A DNA stretch of 54,118 nt, the filler included, from Basidioascus undulatus (Eukaryota), in the NCBI GenBank assembly GCA_000826855.1. It is 3 parts of 3 records of this genome, joined end to end, with 100 filler letters (N's around TTAATTAATTAA, not from the genome) between each part and the next. Parts side by side here need not be neighbours in the genome. Positions count along the whole stretch, not along the records: positions 18,093 to 36,082 come from JTLS01000497.1; positions 36,183 to 54,118 come from JTLS01000498.1; 1 more part is not named here. One strand, written 5' to 3'. Shown here in pieces: positions 23,352-36,201 of the stretch. The translations under genes and the position numbers were made by a program. The stretch's first letter is position 1. Each line of letters opens with the position of its first letter. Under the pieces are notes generated by a model. The model had not been told where the DNA came from. It did no database searches and saw only the letters and a program-made list of their open reading frames with translations.

Positions 23352-26258
23352 ATGGTTGCGCCAGACACTTCAACCGCGCCCCAGAGCCCTGCCAGTGGCG
23401 CCGGGTCTGCGCTGCCCGCTGAGCTGCAGGTGCTCGCCCAAGTGCTCGTCGACCGCCCGCATGCGTTCGCTGCGGGCGACGACGACATCAACAAGCAGTC
23501 CCTCAGCGCTACAAAGCTCCTGTTTGACAAGGGTAAGCCCGAGCAGCGGTGCTCAAGGCGTCGAGATACCCAAGCCCCTGACGACCGGACTCCTCTTACC
23601 CTCCAGCTCTCGGCGCTGAGCCTGTCTCGCTTCGACACATCAACTCCTTCCTCCTTTCGGTAACCGGTGCATCCTCCGCCGCGCCCTCCACCCGCTCCTC
23701 CTCAGGGAAGCGCAAGCGCTCTCCATCTCCCGACCTCTCCCTCCCGCCCACGCCCCTCGACGAGCTCTGGACCGATGGCATGGACCCCGACCAGGTCTGG
23801 GAGCAGCTGGAGCTCCGCGCCAAGGCCGTGTGCGACGTCATCAGCGAGGTCGTCGTCGCTGATGCCGACGAGGACGCGGGTGCGGAGGCTGGGTCGGAGT
23901 CTGAGGAGGAGGTCGGCGAAGGGGCGGGTGACGGGTTTGGGGAGGACTCTGAGGGGGAGAGCACGGACGCCGATCTGGACGAGGACGAGGAGGACTCAGA
24001 AGAGGAGGACGAGGACGAGGAGGTGCGTTATTATCTCTCTCGGTTACGACGGGGCATGGACGCTGACGGATGGTTGTACGAGAGCAGGACGACGCCCAGT
24101 ACGGCGACCTCTCGTTCGAGGCTCTCCGCCGTGGCGAAGACGACTCGTCTCTGATCGGGGAAGACGATGCGGACGCTATCCGACCTCCTGCCCGCGGTAC
24201 TTCGGGACGGAAAGAGAAGGGTGCTATGTACGTATGACCTGGAGAAGGACTAGCTTTTCGCCAGGCTGATTCGGGGCCGGAACAACAGGGGCGTGAAAGA
24301 CGTGCACGGCCTCAACGACGCCTTCTTCGACATTGACTTGTTCAACCGCGAGACGGAGGATGCGGAGATGCGCGACCGCCTCAAGCGCGCGTCCGCTTCG
24401 GCTGACGCGGAAGACGAGGACGAGGATGGGGAAGACGTCGACTTGTTTGCCAGTAAGCGCAATGTCCAGCATTTCTGCCAGTAACTGCGAATTCTGACGC
24501 TAATTTTCAATGTGATCTTTACAGACGTCGACGACGCAGACTTTGACGGTGAAGACGAGGAAGGCATGGGTCTCGGCTTCGAGGAGAACGCGAACGGCAC
24601 GTCTCTTCCCGGTATCATTTTGATAATACTTTCCAGGCTGACACAGTTCCCTTTCTGAAGGCATCTTCTATCGCGACTTCTTTGCCCCGCCGCGAAGAGG
24701 CTTTGCCCTCGCGGCCCCGTCCAACCCGCTCGCTTCTCCACCCGCATCGCGCCGCCCGCCGAAGCTCGCCGAGCCCGCCGACGCGCCCAGCTCGGCCATG
24801 CGCGGCGTGCGCTTCAACGACGCCGTCAAGGTTAAGAGCATCGCGCCGCGCAAGTCGCGCGGGCTCGAGAGCGACGATGAGGACGAGGAGGAGGACGGGG
24901 AGATGGCGCTGGATGGGCTGGAGGACCTGGAGGGGTACGGCGAGGAGGGCTTTGGGGACGAGGATGAGGAGATGGACTTCGAGGAGGAGGAGGACGACGA
25001 AGATGAGGATGAGAACGAGGAAGGCGATTTGGGCGCGGGCACGATGGGACGCTTCAACAGCGACCTGTTCGCGGACGACGACGTCTCGGATGACGAGGAC
25101 GAAGGTGCGTCGCCACAGTGCTGGGCCGTTCCCTTCCCTTCTTCCATTGCTCACCCCGCTCTCGTTCATGTCCACAGCCGGTCCGCTGTCCGCCCATGCG
25201 CGCCGCCAGCTTGCCATCTCGCGTCAGATCGCCGAGCTCGAGGCCGAGAACGTCGCGAAGAAGGACTGGACGCTCATGGGCGAGGCTTCCGCCCGCGCGC
25301 GCCCCGAGAACAGCCTGCTCGCGGAGGATCTCGACTTCGAGACGACGGCCAAGGTCGTACCGATCGTGACGGAGGAGGCCACGCAGGGGCTGGAAGACCT
25401 CATCAAGCGCCGGATCTTGGATGTGCGTCTTCCTTCCCTGTCTGTTCTTGACCACGAACACCTTGCTTATTTTGTCCACGCGGACCGCTACGTGCAGAAC
25501 AACTTCGACGACGTCGTCCGCCGTCGGCCGCTCGACGACAAGCCGTTCCTGCCCTCGCGCTTCTTTGAGCTCAACGACCAGCGCTCGTCCAAGGGCCTCG
25601 CCGAGATCTACGAGGACGAGTACCAGTCGGGCCAGCCGGGCGGCGTCGATGACCGCGACGGCAAGCTTGCCAAGGAGCACGAGGAGATCGACGCGCTATG
25701 GACCAACATCTCGAACAAGCTCGACGCGCTCAGCAACGCGCACTTTACGCCCAAGGCTGTAAGTGCCTAAGTCTTCCGTTTCCGCAAGTACACATTTCAA
25801 TTTGCTCATGCTCCGGCGTCGCACAGCCCAAAGCGGCGATCGAGACCATCTCCAACCTTCCGTCCATCTCGCTCGAGTCGGCACTCCCCACCGCCGCATC
25901 CACCTCGACGCTCCTCGCGCCCGAGGAAGTTTTCTCCGCGCCCTCATCCGCGACGGGCGGCGCCGCGAAGTCGGAGCTCACGCCGGGGGAGAAGCGTGCG
26001 GCGCGGACGAAGGAGCGCAAGGCGCGGGCGAAGCAGCGCGCCAAGCTCGACGCCGCCGTGGACGCGTTCAGCGGCGAGCGGCGCGCGAAGCGCATGGGCG
26101 TCGGGCGGGAGAAGCGCGAGGCGCTCGACAAGCTTCTCAAGGGCAAGGGCGTCACCGTCGTTGGGAAGGAGGGGAAGGAGAAGGGCGGCAAGGGCGGCGC
26201 CGGCGGGAAGGGCAAGGCCAAGGGCGCGGACAGGAACGCTGCGGGGCTCAAGCTGTGA
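23352..26258 (+). CDS. MPP10: U3 snoRNP / SSU processome protein Mpp10
   Basis: Motifs include TPLDELWTDGMDPDQVWEQLELR, acidic tracts, GLNDAFFDIDLFN, IAELEAENVAKKDWTLMGEASARARPENSLLAEDLDFE, FDDVVRR, KLDALSNAHFTPK, NLPSISLESALP and a C-terminal GLKL*. Confidence 0.96.
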
Positions 26259-26514
26259 TGTCTTGCATGTCCTCCATGTCTTTTCTCTTTCATTGCTTTC
26301 ATTGGCATTCATTTCTACTTCTAGCACAGGATGCGTTATTTTCGACTTGCGCAGCGGACTTGGAAAGGGGGCGGAACCTGAATAGCTTATCAAGATTGCA
26401 CTGCGCAGATTCGGCCTCGTGAAGAAACCCGCAAGCTTTACTCATTTTTACTCATATGCGCCTCATCCCCTATATGGGTCGTCGAATGAAGCGTCCAGCC
26501 TAATCAACTTCGTC

Positions 26515-26989
26515 TCATCGAGCAGCCTCCTTCTCCGCCTTGACCCTGGCAGCCCGCCGCTTTTTGTAGGCGGCTCGTTTCTTCGCCTTCGTCGCGGCAG
26601 CGAGTGCTTCCGCGCTGGAGGCTTCGAGGGTGTTGGACGCAAAGTCTTCCTGGCGCGCAGAGGGGCTCGCCTCAAAGACGCGAGGCGACGGTTGTACTGG
26701 CGGGCGGTGGGGGCCCGAATCGTTCACGGACGAACGCTTTCCACAGTCTGTTCAGCTCCGCCACTTGTAGATCATCCTGATTCGGAGGATCAATGTCAGC
26801 TTAATTGGACTTGGCCGCTAATGCCGCAGGATGCGAGGCCAAAGGGATGAGGGAGGAGCGAAGGCGTTGACGTAAGTCGAAGTTTGGCGGCACATAATCT
26901 TCCTCCGGCTGAGGACCTCGGTTTTCGAACTGGGCGCTGTCGATTCTTTCACACTCTATGATGCATCCGAGAACCGATTGAGCCGGCAT
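26515..26989 (-). pseudogene. Small hypothetical gene, possibly frameshifted
   Basis: There is an ATG at 26989 and a canonical branch/acceptor (GCTGAC...TCAG at ~26777). Protein-like segments DDLQVAELNRLWKAFVRERFG and EALAAATKAKKRAAYKKRRAARVKAEKEAAR* lie in different frames. Confidence 0.3.
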
Positions 26990-27153
26990 GTTGACAAGAT
27001 CAGGCGAGTACGCGTTCGAGGCAGGGTGTGGTCTAAGTGATGGAAGTGAAAAAGCGTGGTGGATAACGTCTGGTCCCGCTCTACACCCTCGCTGATTATT
27101 CATACTGCCTACGTGAAAGCCACCAGGGTTACCCGACGACAGAAAGCCGTGCA

Positions 27154-30100
27154 TTAAAAGACGTCTTCTCCATCGAGCATCACAAACTCCCCGGTCGTCG
27201 CTGGTTTGAATACGTCCGCGAACTCTTCCTCTACCAGCAACCCCGTCTCCTCCGCGACCCTTCTGAGTGCTTCTTCTCTCCCCCAAGCGCGCACCTCTCC
27301 CTCTCCTCCCTCAACAAGCAGCGGAGCGTAACCGGTCAATGCCTGGACGACGCGCACCCTCGCTGTGCTCGCGCGCACAAGGGCCGGCGTTCGGATGAGC
27401 ACGCTTTCGAGCGAGCAGCCCAGCGAGCGAGACGGGGAAGTAGGCAGCAGCGACGTCGTCTGGATTGGCGGAAGGAGTGTCGGGCCGAGGTGTCGGATGC
27501 GCGGTACGTTCCCTGCGTTGGGAGCGGGAGCGGGTGACGAGGTTGCGGGGAGTGGGGTAGATGAGAAGATCGGTCCGGTAGCTGGGGAGGATGTTGTGCG
27601 GAAGATGCCGGGACGGAGCGAGAAACGTGGAGAAGAGGAAAACACATCCGCCGAAGCGCTGGTGCGCCTGGACGGCGTGGTGTCCCCACCTCCGGCCGTG
27701 GCGCTTAGAGCGCTCGCCCTCCGGCTGGGACTGGGAGATCTCCGCACGCGCGGAACGAGCGAGGCCCTCCTCGGCTGCTGTGGCTGCTGTCGCACGGGTG
27801 AGGCGACTCCCGCACCGGACAGTGCGCCGAGCTCGGCTAGCTTCTCGTGTACGAACGTGTACAGGTGCAGCGTGAGGGCGTTGCGGAAGGAGAGCGCGAA
27901 TTCCAGGAAGGACCACAGATGGAAGTCCCAGACGTTGAGAACGCCGTACGCTGGAGATGAAGGCGGGGAAGGGGAGAAGCGGCTGGTGGGGAAGGAAGGA
28001 GATGTCGACCCATCGTTGGGGTGCAAGGAGGCAAATCGACCCGAACCGCGGGCAAGGCTCTTGCGCATGACGGACAAGAGGTGGTAGACGACCTCAGCGT
28101 GATGCTGGGCCTGGCCGAGCCCGCCCCGTACGAGCACGACCTTGACGATCTGCAGCGTGATGAGCAGCACGGCTGCTGCGCTCCGCGCGGCGCTGGCGGC
28201 TTGCTTGTGCGGCGTGTCGGGAGCTTCGCCCTTCTTCGGCTGCCGCCCCTCGGCACCGAGCCCAGCAACGCCCGCGACGTTCTCGCCCGCCTTCACGAGC
28301 GCCACGAGCGCGTAGAGGACGATGCGGACCCAGACATCGTCATGTTCCGCAGCGGTCGCCGGAAGCGCAAGCGTGAGGGGGAGGACGACGCCTGCCAGGA
28401 GTGCTGGCGAGCGCGGCTGGCGCTCCAGTACGGAAAGCGCATCGACGAGCGGAAGGCCAATGGCGCCGACGATCAAGCTGACCGTCGACTGGCGCATTGG
28501 AGACGTTAGCAGCGTCCCGTTCGCGGCCGAACCCGCGCAGAGATCTAGCGCGGGTCCGCACACGCCATCGACGAGCGCGCGGCAGAAGTCGCGGTCTCTG
28601 GCGAATGCTTTCAGAGTGCAGAGTCGGCCGAGCGCGTCAAGGGTCGAGGAGAAGTCGACCTGGGCGGCAAACGCCGTAAAGATTGGCTCGAAGCTGCGAA
28701 GAACGGCCACGGTCTGCTTGACGCTCGCCGTGGCATCGGCCCGGAAGAGCTCGCGGAAGAGGCCGTCCGCGTTGCGGGCGCCTTGCTGGGGTGCGTCGCG
28801 CAACGAAGCCTTGACGAGCTCAAGCACCGTGCGCATCGCGGAGGTGCCAAGACGACCGCCTTCCGCGGCGAAGGACACGACGAGCGATATGTACTCGCGG
28901 CGGACAGAGGCGAGGTCGCTCGGTACTGACGGTTTCCCGGACAGAAACGACGTCTCGGCGGTCGTCGTCGTCTCGGACGCGCTGTCGCTGTCTGCGGCCG
29001 CTGCCGCGGGCGCTTTCGACTCGTCGCGCAGGTGGATTCGAGCGCGACGCCCTGCTCGGAAGATGACGCTCGAAAGCGCCTCCACAGCCTCACGAAGTAG
29101 AGATGCTGCAGAGCTCGCATACAGGTTGGGTAGGAGTAAACGAAACAGCCGCAGGAAGAGCTCGGCGCGGGTGGAAAGCGGGTCGTAGGCGATGATGGCT
29201 GTTTAGAAAAACGGTCAGATCCGTTTTGACAGAGGCAACCGCTTTACTCACTGACGAAAAGCCGCACGACACTGTCCAGCGGGAAAGAGCGGTCTTCGAA
29301 CCGGTTTCCCAGCAGCGACGACAGCCCCCGAGTGTCCTCCGGTTCGGTACGGCCGTGGAGGGGGCCGAGCAGGATCTCGGGCGCGTCGTTGACCGAGTTG
29401 ACGAGCGCTTCTCGCTCTTCGGCGTCGTTCAGGCCACGCAGTCCTGCCGGATCCTTCCCGTCGCCGTACGACGCCAGCGACGAGACGAGCGCGTAGAGTG
29501 AGTCGGCGATCCAGCGTCGATCGGCGTCCTTCTCGAGCGAGGAATGAAGCACCACGGGCGCGATGGACAGTAAGCTCTGGAAAGCGAACGCTTCCTGATG
29601 CACGGCGAAGAATCGTTGCCAGGCGTGCTCGACCGCGAGACGAACGGCACTGCCCGGACGCGCTTCGGCGTACAAGGTGAAGAGAGAGGGTGCGAAGAGG
29701 GCAAAGCTGTTCGACGCCGAGACAAGACGGCGGAAGCGAGTCGTGGCGGCCATCAGCGCTGTCAACGAGTGGATTAGCAAGTAGTAGGACATTGATGAAG
29801 TTTTTGGTCTTACCTTGCAGGGCATGCACAACGACATTCACATCCTGACCGTGCGCGGTGAGGATCACGTTGATGCCAGAGATGAGCCGGGCGAGCTCGT
29901 CGTGGTCGTTCCAGTTACGGTTGAGGGAGCAGAGCGTGCGGGTGACGGCGAGCAGCCACGAGCGCGCAACGAGGAGGGAGTAGCGGCCCCGAGAAAAGGA
30001 GTCGTAGTCGAGGAGCTCGAGCTGAGACTTGGCATTCGGCCGGCGATGAGGGACAGCGAATCGGCCGACGCGCGGTCCGCCTCGTTCGACCGGCAGAAGC

Positions 30101-33100
30101 GCTGGCTCGGCGATGAACTTCTTGATGTTGTAGGCTGCGTCGAGAATACGGTCACTGTCAGCCTTCGTATGCGACAGAAAGCCGAAGACCTTACTATCCC
30201 GAGCTCCAGCCGCCAAAGCGCTAAGGAGAAAGATGTTTTGGCCCGCGTCGGAGCAGAGACGGAGAACGATCGGCGCAGCAGGGTCGAGATGCTTCGCGAC
30301 GCTGTGAAGCATAGCACGTCAGATTTGGCGTAGGGATCAAGTTCATGATGAGCACTGACTTGAGAAACAGCGAGTCGATCTTGTTCTTGCGTAGGCTGTT
30401 TACCGAGAAATCCGATACGAGCGAGCTGAAGCGAGCCGCAGGCGGGAGCACGAGAACGAAGAGCTCCGCGCTGCTGCCCGGCCGCTCGCGTACGCGGGTC
30501 TTGAGAAGACCGGCGAGATGGTTCCAGAGGTGATGAGCAAGCGCCGGAGGCAAAGACGCTGCGACGCCGGCGAGCTGGGCGATGCGCGCTATCGCCCTGC
30601 GCTCGGCGTCCGGCTCGCCGGAAAGGTCCTCCAGGAGCGGGCGGACGAAGAGCGTCGGGTCGTCACGCATCATAAGCAGGATCGCGTCTCGGGCAGCGAA
30701 CGAGACTGCGCTGTCGGCGTCCGACAACAGATCCGCCAGCTGCGGCAACAGACGTCCGATCGCGGGGACGAGAACGGCGCGTCGCTTCGCATCGGGCTGC
30801 TCGCGTATGGCGCTCGAGCCACGCCGAATTAGCGGCCGCATCTCAGGCGCTGTTGCGGGAGCTCCCAGATGCGATGAGGGGAGCTCCTCCGTGCCGCGCT
30901 CGAGGAACGCGCTCGGAAGAATAGTAATCGGCGTGCGCTCAAGTTCGGACAGCGCTTCGTCGGTCTGTCAAGAAGCATCGTTCCGTCAGAATCATAGGTG
31001 AGTGCTGCAAGGTGATAGAGCAGGCATACCGTCCTTTCCTGCGTGTCCCAGCCGAGCTCCTCAAGTCTCCGCCGAACCTCGATCGGTAGCGATGCGCCGA
31101 GCTTGAGGCGCGTCGCCTCCGGAACGTCAGGCTGCACGTAACGCGTGTGACCGACCTCAGCGGGGACGAAGCCGATCGCTTGCCGCGCCGTGCGGAAGGG
31201 ACGACGACGGGTCTTGTCCGGCAGGTACGGCTGCGTGAGGATCTGGTGTCGCCAGCCGAAGAGCGTCGCCAGCTTGGAAACGGCAGCGCGTCGTACGGTG
31301 GCGTCCGAGCTACCGATGACATAGCCGTGTGAGCTGCCGCACCGCGCACAGAATAGACATGAATGACTTACCTTTGTAGATCTCGCTCGATCATGCCACT
31401 CAACGCTTCGGGGTCTTTCTCGCCGAGCTGCATCAGTAAGAAGGCCGCCTGGATTGAAAAGGGGTCAGTCTGAAGACCACGGAATATGTGTTTTGGACGC
31501 ACTGGACCGACACATGTGCATCCGAGGCCGTGCGTCCACGCGACCTCGCCGACGCGTTGAAGGTCCGCCGTGGAGAGAAGATGAAACAGTGCGACGAGCA
31601 GCTCGAGCGGCGCCGCCGCGGGATCCTCGTCGAGACTGGACAAAGTTTTCTGACGGGCTCGGACGAGGTTCTCTCCGTCGACGCTCTGTAACAGGGCACG
31701 CATGTTCAGCAGAGCCAGAAGCAATAGAACAGCAGATAACGTACGCCGGACTCCTGCTGCGCTGCTTTGTACACCGCTCTGATCTTCCCCCTTCGCACAC
31801 CTATCTCGTCGAGGTCCGCCGGCACGACGTGGAGAGCGGGCGGCTCCTCGTCCTGAACGAACGGGTTGACGGACTCGCGAATGGGGGCGCCGACAAACGC
31901 CTGCGTCGCCCACTTGACAACGAGCGCGAGCCAAGGCGGACTATCGTCAAGACATCAAAGTGAGTCAACTGACAAGAAAAAACGGTGACTGAAAAAGGCC
32001 TCTGACGCACTTCGAAATGCTGCGCGTGCACAAGCGCATCTCGAGGATGAGCCGGCACAGCAGCGTGCGCTGCGAGAACGGGACTAAGCGCGCCTGCTCC
32101 TTCGCGGTCACCACGACGGCGATCCTCGTCTCGAGCCCCGCACAGAACGTCGCGATGGCCTTTTTCTCGTCGGGGCCCAGGCGCTCGTCGCGAGCGACGT
32201 CACGGAAGGCGAGGATGAGCTCGACCGCCAGCAGGCTCTGGCCGAGCTTGAACGGGGCGAACGCGAGCGCGGGGGCGGACTCAGACTTGGCCTTCGACTT
32301 CGTGCTGTCCGCGAGGAGGGCGACGGCAATCATCTCCGGGTCGCGCAGGAGGAGATGCCGTGGCGTGGCGGAGCGAGCGAGGCGCAGGAGGTTGAGGAGG
32401 AGCGCGGGCAGGGCGGTGGCGGACGATGAGGAGGATAAGGTAAAGATGGGTTTGTGGAAGGGCGCGGGGTGGCGGAAGGAGAGGGCGTCGAGGAGAGAAG
32501 TGAGGCTCGGGGAGGGAGTCCAGGGAAGGTGCTGTGCGATCCTCGGTCAGCCAAGGGCCAGACAAGCCTTGAGCTGCGAATAATGGACTATACCTTCGGC
32601 AGAGAGGGCAGAAACACTTGTGCGACGGAGTTGGCGATGTCGTCACGCGAGTCCAGGAGTACTTTCCGCACGATCAACATCGCATCGTCGAGCGGCTGCG
32701 TCTCGAGCTGTGCACATCTCCACTAGTCAATGCTTGCGGATGGATAAAGAGCTGAAGGACGCACCAGCTCCTCCACAGCCTCAGCCACGCTCTTCCGCCC
32801 TGCATCGCCTGCCCACATTTCCCCGAGCAACTCGCCGTTCTTGTCCAACAGCAGCGCGGCCGCGGCAGCCGCCGTCCACTCTTCCGCGGCCTCGTCCACG
32901 GTGAGGGTGTAGAGAAACGGTAGGGTGCGGGAGCGCAGGAGGTGCAGGAGCGGGATGCGATGGGAGGGCGAGAGGTCGAGGAGCGGAAGAGCCAGGGCGG
33001 ACAGGCGCCGGACGATGCGGCGGTGAAGGAGGGTTGTGAGGGGATCACTGCGGGCGGGCCGAGGAGGGAAAGACCGCTATGGGTAGAGGAAATGAGCGCG

Positions 33101-34419
33101 CGGGAGGGAGAGTTGACAGGAAGACTGCGTACATCTAGCATTCCACTGAGCAGAAGCGTGTCGACCTCTCGGCGGGCGCCTAACACTTGAGTCAAACCCT
33201 CCAGGACGACCCACGCTTCCGCACCGCCCTCCTCAGGCGGCACGAACCCATACTCAAGCGCGACCTCGCCTTCGTCCAGCTTGATGACCCTTCCCGCTCC
33301 CAACTCCTCCACAAACGTTTCCACCCAGCTGCGGGTCCTTGCCCACGGCTCAAGCGCCGCGAGGGCGCGTACTGCCGCGCCGACAATGGCGAGCAAAGCG
33401 AGCGGCGTATTCGGACGATGCGGCGCAACGGACCGCGTCGAGACGAGCGGCTGGAGGGCCTGGCGCGCCCGGTCCTGGAGATCCTGGTCTGGCGCGGCGA
33501 GCGCGCGGAGGAGGAAGCACCAGCGTGCAACTTCCTGCGACTCGTCGGCCGCCTCCCAGCCGAGAACGGTCGAGAGGCAGTCGAGCGCGAGCCACGCGGC
33601 CTCGTGGTCGAACTGGCCTGGCGGGCGGAGGAAGGGCGTGGAGAGCGCGGAGAGGACGGAGGTGTGCAGGGGGAGGACACGCGTCCGGCCGCGGCCGGCG
33701 AGGAGCGCTCCGCGGAGCGCGAGAAGCGGATCGGTGGGCAGGGTTGACTTGCGCGAGCGCTTGGATGACGCCGAGGCACTATGGTGGTCGCCCTGCGGCG
33801 CCTGCGCCGGTGGCGGCGGCGGGAGGGACGAGATGGCGAGCGCGGCCGCGATGGACTCTTCGAAGAGCTTGTACACCGATTTCTCTTGCACGACGTTGTG
33901 CATGCGCTCGCCGGGCCTGTACCGCGACTTGCTTTTGGAGACGGGCGAGACGGGGCTCTTTGGGCCCGGGGCAGGGGAGGCCGGGCGCGAGGAGGACGCC
34001 GCGCCTGCGGCTTGGGCGAGGAACGCTCGGCGGAGACCTCCCCAGCGTTCGGAGGGCGTGACGGCAGACGGCGGGGCCGGGGGAGACGTGGCGCGGATGA
34101 GCGCGTCCAGCTTGAGCGGGGGTGGGCGCGGCGCAGGGAAGCGCGGCTTGTGCGGGGCGGGCGAGGATGTGCGTGAGGGGATCGGAAAAGTAACCGCCTT
34201 GATTTCAGCAGGCGGCGCAGGAGGACTATCCTCGGCTGGATCTAATGGAGGTACTAGAGGAGAGGTAATGGATTCGGGGGAGGAGAACGTCGGGGGCAAG
34301 GACGGTGGGGGCGGGGAGGACGTTGACGAAGCGAGGGAAGTGCGCGAGCGCGTCGATGGCGGAAGTGGACGCGCGCCCGAGGGCTTCTTGGGAGGGGATC
34401 CCGGAGGTGTGGGCGTCAT
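27154..34419 (-). CDS. Very large alpha-helical protein, probably the fungal UNC80-like (UNC80 C-terminal domain) family
   Basis: The multi-exon ORF spans 7.3 kb (~2200 aa). Segments RRRPFRTARQAIGFVPAEVG, LPIEVRRRLEELGW, LMMRDDPTLFVRPLLEDL, FFAVHQEAFAFQSL and VVRLFLTVIAYDPLSTRAELFLRLFRLLLP resemble, from recall, basidiomycete proteins annotated UNC80_C. The gene itself is solid; the family call is less so. Confidence 0.65.
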
Positions 34420-35182
34420 GGAGGCTGGATTCTACGGATCTTGTGGTGTTGGGCAGGTTCTGGTCAGTGCGATCTGCCGCAGATGCTGTCCATGCAGATT
34501 GCTGACCACTCAACCCTCGCAGGTAAGACGAGTTCAATGGGGTAACTCTTTAGATTAAACAAAGGTCAGTGCTAGAGCTCGCATGTTCAAGTTGTGTGTG
34601 AGAACTCTTGGGGCTCACCCAATTTTGAAAGCGACCACGCCTGTCCCTGCTGGCGGGCTGCCCGTCTCGCCCCCGGCGTTCGAACTCTGCGGGAGACTAA
34701 CGAAAAATTGAAACCATGCAGCGCTTTGTCAGTTGATGTTATTCCATCCCGTAAAGGTGCACATCGCGAAAGCGAGGTGTTCGAGGGTTTACGATAAGGC
34801 AAGTCGAGTCGATTCGAGCTCGAACGAACGGGGAGAGTTGCGAGATAAAAGCAGAGCGGGGTCACAATCGCACTTGATCGAAATGCAGAAGTTTTTGGTG
34901 ATTTACGGAGTGAATATTCACCTGATGGATGCTTGCCAGTTTTGTAACAATGGATGAGATGGTGGAAGCGATGCAACGCCAGCAAGAACACTCCCCTTGC
35001 ACAAACACCTGAAACTGCTTAGTAAGGAAAGCTCGGGCCAAGTCCGTGTGGCACCGCGACACAGCCTGGTGGCCTGGTGTTCCAGGCTGCCTAGCAACCA
35101 CCATCTGCCTCTCTGTCCACTTTACGGTCGTCTCAAATATTCCCAGTCTATTCCCCATAAATCTACAAGCTTTCTTTCAGCC

Positions 35183-36082
35183 ATGTTCGTTAGCCGCCAG
35201 CCAGCCGATACAGTCGGAGAGCGCTTTGCTGATGCCTGCATCGCCCATTGGCCCATCTCCAGGTCCTGGTTCAAGCGTTCAGCGCAATCTCACAGTGCGT
35301 CATGTCGTCCGGCATTCTCTCCTCCCTCATGTCATCCTCTTTCTTCCTCCCAGTTCCCGCCGTTCCCGAGGATCGCCAGCGCAACGAGCTGCTCGGATCC
35401 GCAGCAAGCCAGCACTCGCAGCCTCCCCGCTTCTCGCAAGAATCGCGCTACCCTCCCTCCTACAAAACCCAGTCCTCCGACCCCGCGCGCGATGAGCTCT
35501 TCGCTGGGAGCCGTGCGGCGCCCATGGACTCGCGCTACGGAGCCGGCGCCGGCGGGGCGCAGCCAGATCCGTACGGCGGGACGGAGGACTCGTACGGGAA
35601 CGGGAATGGGAACGGGAACGGGAATGGGTATGGAGGCGACGGGTATGGGGAGGAGGTCGCGCCGGCGGATGAGGACGAGCAGATCGAGGGGATCAAGCAG
35701 CAGACGCGGTTCATCAAGCAGGAGAGCTTGAGCTCGACCCGGAACGCGCTCCGGATCGCTCGGGAGACGGAGGAGACGGCTACAAACACCCTTGTCAGGC
35801 TCGGAGACCAGTCTGGTGAGTTTCCTTATACTAAAACTCTTGGATGGGATGAGTGTCTTTGGGTGGGATCTCATGCCTTGCTTCCCCGGCCCCTCCCAGA
35901 GCGCATCGCCGACACGGAGCGGCACCTGGACATGGCCAAGGCGCACTCGAACCGTGCCGAGGACCGTATGGCGGAGCTGAAGCAGCTGAACCGCTCCATC
36001 TTCCGGCCCGTTGTGACGTGGAACAAGGACAAGAAGCGGCGGCAGGAGGAGCAGCGAATCCACGATCGGCACGCGGCCGAGC
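35183..36082 (+). CDS. SEC9: Plasma-membrane t-SNARE Sec9/SNAP-25, 3'-truncated at the contig end
   Basis: The spliced product is MSWFKRSAQSHIPAVPED...ARDELF...DEQIEGIKQQTRFIKQESLSSTRNALRIARETEETATNTLVRLGDQSERIADTERHLD...ELKQLNRSIFRP (Qb SNARE helix). The second SNARE helix is missing because of the spacer. Confidence 0.93.
35596..35631 (+). repeat. Coding hexanucleotide microsatellite (GGGAAY)n encoding GNGNGNGNGNG
   Basis: GGGAAC GGGAAT GGGAAC GGGAAC GGGAAT GGGTAT lies inside the SEC9 N-terminus. Confidence 0.7.
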
Positions 36083-36182
36083 NNNNNNNNNNNNNNNNNN
36101 NNNNNNNNNNNNNNNNNNNNNNNNNNTTAATTAATTAANNNNNNNNNNNNNNNNNNNNNNNNNNNNNNNNNNNNNNNNNNNN
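36083..36182. other. Artificial contig spacer (44 N + TTAATTAATTAA + 44 N)
   Basis: It is identical to 17993-18092 and cuts SEC9 in mid-CDS. Confidence 0.98.
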
Positions 36183-36201
36183 GCCGAGTGCAAGCTAGGC
36201 G

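Noticed and set aside
12333..26258. Apparent ribosome-biogenesis/translation cluster (SLX9, tRNA-iMet, MPP10)
   Set aside because: SLX9 is on a different contig, so its adjacency is an artefact of concatenation.
33281..34558. Long antisense or overlapping ORFs (425 aa here; also 28322-29188, 35332-36072, 37013-37753, 49128-49982)
   Set aside because: They are shadows of GC-rich codons in the real genes on the opposite strand, have Arg/Ala/Ser-rich composition and contain no motifs.
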